This document shows positions 30,835 through 34,492 of a stretch of DNA of 34,492 nt, in pieces. Source of the DNA: an uncultured archaeon (GTDB lineage Archaea > Aenigmatarchaeota > Aenigmatarchaeia > GW2011-AR5). The position numbers and the translations under genes are program-made. Below the pieces are notes generated by a model that worked only from the letters and a program-made list of their open reading frames with translations, ran no database searches and had not been told where the DNA came from. Each line of letters opens with the position of its first letter. The stretch's first letter is position 1. The stretch spans positions 1 to 34,492 of the forward strand of contig CAYJRV010000001.1 of assembly GCA_964372695.1 (NCBI GenBank), read 5' to 3'.

Positions 30835-33672
30835 CTATTCCAATAATATCCCGAACTTCTGCGGCGTGGCCTGCCTGGCCTTTGTATCCTGGCTTTTTTC
30901 TGCATCAGCTATCTCGACCTTAGCCCGGAACTCCTTTTCAAGGAATTCTCTTGCTTCTTCCAGGAGCTGCAGCTGTTTTGACCTGGGCAGCACAGGCTTA
31001 AGCTCGTTCAGCCTTTTGTAGAGCGACTGTATGTAAGCCACAGTCGCCTGCCCGTAGCTGCCCGAGCTCATTATTTCCCTTGTTATTTCATTTATTCCCT
31101 TGTCCTTGTTCTTCAGCACCTCTTGATAGACGCGGAACTTCCAGCCCTCGGCCACAAATATCTTCACCTTTTTCGGTTGCCGTATCTTTGACAGTTTTTG
31201 TATCTCTTCCACGTCTGTAATAGTCTGCTTGAGCATGCTTTCTCCTGCTTGAACATATCCAAAGGTTTTCATCTCGTCATACTTGGGCCAAGTAGAGAGA
31301 AATACCGACTTTCTATTTCCAAGCTGAGACCATAGCTCTTCTCCTAGATGCGGAGTCAGCGGTGCCACCATCTTGACTACTTTTTCCAGAACATCTGTAA
31401 GAACTTTTTTGTTCGCATTTTTCATTCCGCCTGCACGCCGCAGATACCACTTCAAATCATTGGTCGGTTCAAATAAGGCGTGCTGCACTGCTGAGCGGAA
31501 TTTCAGGATTTCATAAAACCCTGTTGAACTCATGGCGTTTTCATTCATCTTGCTTTGTAGGTAGGCATCAGCATTCCTGATTTTGCCGGATTTTGCTTTT
31601 TTCAGGTTCTTCACGAGCTCTGCAATGAATTCCAGCCGGTTTCTGTAGCCCTTTATGTTTTCTGCTCTCCAGTCAGCATCTTCCAGCCCTTCTGAAGAGC
31701 ATGCAATGTTTATGCGGACGAGGTCCGCGCCAAACTGTTTTACCAGGTCAATGAGCGGAATTATGTTCCCTTTGGATTTGCTCATCTTTTCCCCCTCCAC
31801 ATTCACGAAGCCGTTTACGCTTATGGCCTTTGGCCATTTATTTTCCGGCCAGATGGCCGCATGGTGGTACATATAGAATATGAGGTGGTGCTGTATCAGG
31901 TCCTTGCCGCTGTTTCTCATGTCCATCGGGTAGAAATGTTCGAACTCCGCCCTCATCATGAGAAGAATTTTTTTGTTTATTTTGGATACCTTGCTTATTT
32001 TGGTGGCATCTCCTTTGCCCAGAAAAATATAATCGAATACTTCACAGGTAAATTTTTCTGGTGGTATCCTGTATTTGGTAATTATGTGTGCAATCGTGTA
32101 GTAAGCCATATAGATTGTTGAGTCGCTCAGCGTCTCCACCATCCAGCCACTGTCCCACGGTAGCGGCGTCCCCAGGCCGCTTCTCCTTGCGCATGCCTTG
32201 TCCTTGAGCCAGTCTATTGTATTCTCGAAGTTGTTTCTCGCATCTTCCGGATAGATATCCATGCGTCTCAGATGCCGCCTTACTTTATTCTTCCACTCTT
32301 CGTCTGAATATTTCAGGAACCATTGGTTCTCTAGGATCTTCACATGGCACCTCGTCGTGCAGCGGCATACTACCCTGGCAGTTGGCTCCCACATGCTTGC
32401 TGCTATGCCCTTCTCGCTGAAATCTTTGTTGATGGTATCTTTAGCCCGGTTCACGGCCATGCCGGCGTAAGGCCCGCACCTCTCATTAAGCACACCTTGA
32501 TGGAATTCTTTCTTGTAAATTATGTTAGTTGCTTCGTCCAGTTCTTTTTCCTGTTTTGTTGATGTAATTTTCATCTTTTCAGTTATTTCTATTGCCGGAT
32601 GCTCTCCGAGCCTTGGAGTCTTAACAAGGGCGATAGGCTCCACATCCTGCTTCTGAAGGCCATATTGCTCCAGATCGTTGTTGTCTATCATTTCCTTTAG
32701 CGCTATCCAGTCATATGGAGCATGGCTCGGAACGCTCATTACAACGCCTGTTGCGTTCTGGGGGTCCACAAACCTAGAGGGAAGTATTGGTATTTCCCTG
32801 TTTCCAACAGGCTCGGTGCATTTTGCCCCGATAATTTTTCCTATGTCAAAAACTTTTTCCAGTGGCGTATATTGTATCTGGTCTTTCAGTTTTTCAGCTG
32901 CATATTTGCTTACTATCCATTTTTCTGTGTTAATTTTGAGTATGACATATTCAGCATCCGGGTTAACCCACATATTTGTTACGCCGTATATTGTTTCAGG
33001 TCTGAGAGTCGCAGCCGGCAGAATGTAATCATCGACCTTGAATTTGAGGACTAAATACTCCTGGGGACTTTCGCCTTCACCCTCCAGCCTGTCATGGTCA
33101 CCGGTCGGGCTCTGGTCCTTCGGGCACCATATCACCGGGTGAGTTCCCCGGACTACATAACCTTTTTTCTTCAACAGGTTGTACTGCCACTCGACAAATC
33201 TCGAAAATTGGGGCGTTATGGAAAGAATGAACTTTCTTCTCCAGTCTATGGAAAATCCTGCCGCTTTGAATGTCTCTTCCGTTTTCTTTGCCCAGAATTC
33301 AGCAACAAACTTTGGCCCTTTTTCCTTGAATTTCCGGATGTCCCTGTCAGTGGCGCCGTATAGCTTGAATGTGGATATCTGGCTCTTGTCGCCCTTTTTG
33401 AGGCGCTCTACAACGCCCACTATAGGCTCGCCGGTGGCGTGGAATCCCTGGGCAAGCAGCACATTGTAGCCCTGCAGCCGCTTGAATCTGGCGTAAGCAT
33501 CCGTACGTGTGTATGTGTATGAATGGCCTATATGCGCATTGCCATTTACATAGGGGATTACCATCGAAGTGAAGAACTTCTTCCTCTTTTTGTCCATGTT
33601 CGTCTCATGCAGCTTTTGCCTTTCCCAACGCGCCTGCCATTTCTTCTCGATTTTATTGAAGTCCATAATCAC
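30835..33672 (-). CDS. leuS: Leucine--tRNA ligase (archaeal type)
   Basis: HIGH motif (NGNAHIGHSYTY), KMSKS motif (GEKMSKSKGN), a CP1 editing insertion, and 945 aa. Confidence 0.95.
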   Translation of the reverse strand: MIMDFNKIEKKWQARWERQKLHETNMDKKRKKFFTSMVIPYVNGNAHIGHSYTYTRTDAYARFKRLQGYNVLLAQGFHATGEPIVGVVERLKKGDKSQISTFKLYGATDRDIRKFKEKGPKFVAEFWAKKTEETFKAAGFSIDWRRKFILSITPQFSRFVEWQYNLLKKKGYVVRGTHPVIWCPKDQSPTGDHDRLEGEGESPQEYLVLKFKVDDYILPAATLRPETIYGVTNMWVNPDAEYVILKINTEKWIVSKYAAEKLKDQIQYTPLEKVFDIGKIIGAKCTEPVGNREIPILPSRFVDPQNATGVVMSVPSHAPYDWIALKEMIDNNDLEQYGLQKQDVEPIALVKTPRLGEHPAIEITEKMKITSTKQEKELDEATNIIYKKEFHQGVLNERCGPYAGMAVNRAKDTINKDFSEKGIAASMWEPTARVVCRCTTRCHVKILENQWFLKYSDEEWKNKVRRHLRRMDIYPEDARNNFENTIDWLKDKACARRSGLGTPLPWDSGWMVETLSDSTIYMAYYTIAHIITKYRIPPEKFTCEVFDYIFLGKGDATKISKVSKINKKILLMMRAEFEHFYPMDMRNSGKDLIQHHLIFYMYHHAAIWPENKWPKAISVNGFVNVEGEKMSKSKGNIIPLIDLVKQFGADLVRINIACSSEGLEDADWRAENIKGYRNRLEFIAELVKNLKKAKSGKIRNADAYLQSKMNENAMSSTGFYEILKFRSAVQHALFEPTNDLKWYLRRAGGMKNANKKVLTDVLEKVVKMVAPLTPHLGEELWSQLGNRKSVFLSTWPKYDEMKTFGYVQAGESMLKQTITDVEEIQKLSKIRQPKKVKIFVAEGWKFRVYQEVLKNKDKGINEITREIMSSGSYGQATVAYIQSLYKRLNELKPVLPRSKQLQLLEEAREFLEKEFRAKVEIADAEKSQDTKARQATPQKFGILLE

Positions 33673-33733
33673 CAGCCAGCAAAAATAACGTGTATTTTAA
33701 GATTTATAAGACCAACATAAATAGTAGAGCCGC

Positions 33734-33822
33734 GGGCGTGTAGCTCAGCTTGGATAGAGCACTTACCATAAGGTGCAAGCCTTCTAAGCAAGGGGTCGCG
33801 GGTCCGAATCCCGTCACGCCCA
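33734..33822 (+). tRNA. tRNA-Arg (anticodon UCU) with a 14-nt intron at non-canonical position 29/30
   Basis: Acceptor GGGCGTG/CACGCCC with discriminator A. D arm GCTC-AGCTTGGATA-GAGC. T arm GCGGG-TCCGAAT-CCCGT. Removing ACCATAAGGTGCAA (33765-33778) yields a perfect anticodon arm CTTGC-CTTCTAA-GCAAG. A TATA-like ATTTATAAG lies ~30 nt upstream. Confidence 0.8.
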
Positions 33823-33825
33823 TAT

Positions 33826-34425
33826 ATGTCAAGTTCGATATGGGGCGAAGGCGACAGGTTAACGCTAAATTTACTGAGAAAAAAAGCGCTCAATGGCAAG
33901 TGGCTTGATTTGGCTGCCGGAGAGGGCCGTTATGTTAGTGAGATTCTGAAAAAGGCAGATCATCTTGTAGTAAGCGATATAGATAAAAAAGAACTGGATA
34001 AAATTCAAAAACTGGTTCCAAAAGAAGCAAAGTCTAAGGTTAAATCAGTGCCTTTTGACTTAACAAAGAAATTTCCTTTCAAAGAAAAATATTTTGATGG
34101 GGTCTTTTGTACTGGAACTCTACACATGTTTTCTCAAGGTGTTTTGTATCATATATTCGGGGAAATTTATAGGGTGTTGAAGCCAAAAGGCACAGTTATT
34201 TTGGATTTTGCAACAAGTGTGAAAAGAACAGAAAGAAACAAAAAAATGATAGACGAAAAATGTTATAAGCATGGGATTGCCAAGCGGCTTTTGATAGATT
34301 TGACAAGGCAGTACAGAATTAAGATGTACGGATCTACGTTCGAGGACGGTTTGACCGAAATCCCTGGGTATGGGTGGATAACAAGAGGCAGGTTTATACT
34401 GCTAGTTGGTCGCAAGCGAAACTAA
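33826..34425 (+). CDS. Class I SAM-dependent methyltransferase
   Basis: Motif I WLDLAAGEGRY, post-I VVSDID, and motif II/III-like DGVFCTGTLHMF and LKPKGTVILDF. The ATG lies 4 nt after the tRNA-Arg 3' end. Confidence 0.8.
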   Translation: MSSSIWGEGDRLTLNLLRKKALNGKWLDLAAGEGRYVSEILKKADHLVVSDIDKKELDKIQKLVPKEAKSKVKSVPFDLTKKFPFKEKYFDGVFCTGTLHMFSQGVLYHIFGEIYRVLKPKGTVILDFATSVKRTERNKKMIDEKCYKHGIAKRLLIDLTRQYRIKMYGSTFEDGLTEIPGYGWITRGRFILLVGRKRN

Positions 34426-34492
34426 ACACAGAGAGATTGACTCTCCATAAAAGTTGAATGCTAAGCTATTTTTTCTCCGAATTTCTATGAAA

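Noticed and set aside
1-34492. Screen of the whole window for CRISPR arrays, IS elements, integrases, rRNA operons and obvious defence genes
   Set aside because: No regularly spaced 25-40 bp repeats were seen. No transposase, integrase or Cas-like ORFs, no 16S/23S-like sequence, and no recognisable restriction, abortive-infection or toxin-antitoxin motif were seen by eye.

Overview
Archaeal chromosomal segment. Evidence: RadA, an HMf-type histone, RPA, Spt5, the P0/P1 stalk, archaeal-type AlaRS and LeuRS, tRNAs without encoded CCA, and TATA-like boxes about 26 nt upstream of several start codons. The compact gene set suggests a small-genome, possibly DPANN-like archaeon; this is inference only.

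Gene content in order: M1 aminopeptidase; two nucleotide-sugar genes; RNA 2',3'-cyclic phosphodiesterase; an Orc1/Cdc6-like AAA+ gene; a PRC-barrel protein; an rpa / small ORF / radA operon; a histone; dCMP deaminase; tRNA-Gln; S51 peptidase; Nudix hydrolase. Then comes the conserved ftsZ / secE-spt5-rpl11-rpl1-P0-P1 block, extended by CYTH-like, B3/B4 and alaS genes. The window ends with FKBP, leuS, tRNA-Arg and a SAM methyltransferase. I saw no CRISPR array, transposase, integrase or rRNA operon.

Main observations:
- A 570-bp AT-rich field of helically phased TTCAY repeats and palindromes lies in front of the AAA+/winged-helix gene. It is a candidate, uncharacterised replication origin.
- Both tRNA genes carry insertions of about 14 nt at non-canonical positions. 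The one in tRNA-Arg fits a bulge-helix-bulge geometry.
- A GC-rich 130-nt multi-helix element (2599-2730) is a candidate structured RNA.
- Duplicated promoter-like modules sit in a convergent intergenic region (15888-16322).
- A SecB-like ORF is clustered with two paralogous CxxC mini membrane proteins.
- A four-gene cluster of unknowns (29263-30793) contains a 309-bp cassette bounded by 53-bp coding-end repeats.
- A degenerate CYTH domain and a free-standing B3/B4 domain are wedged between rpl12 and alaS.

All calls come from reading motifs by eye. No database search was run.
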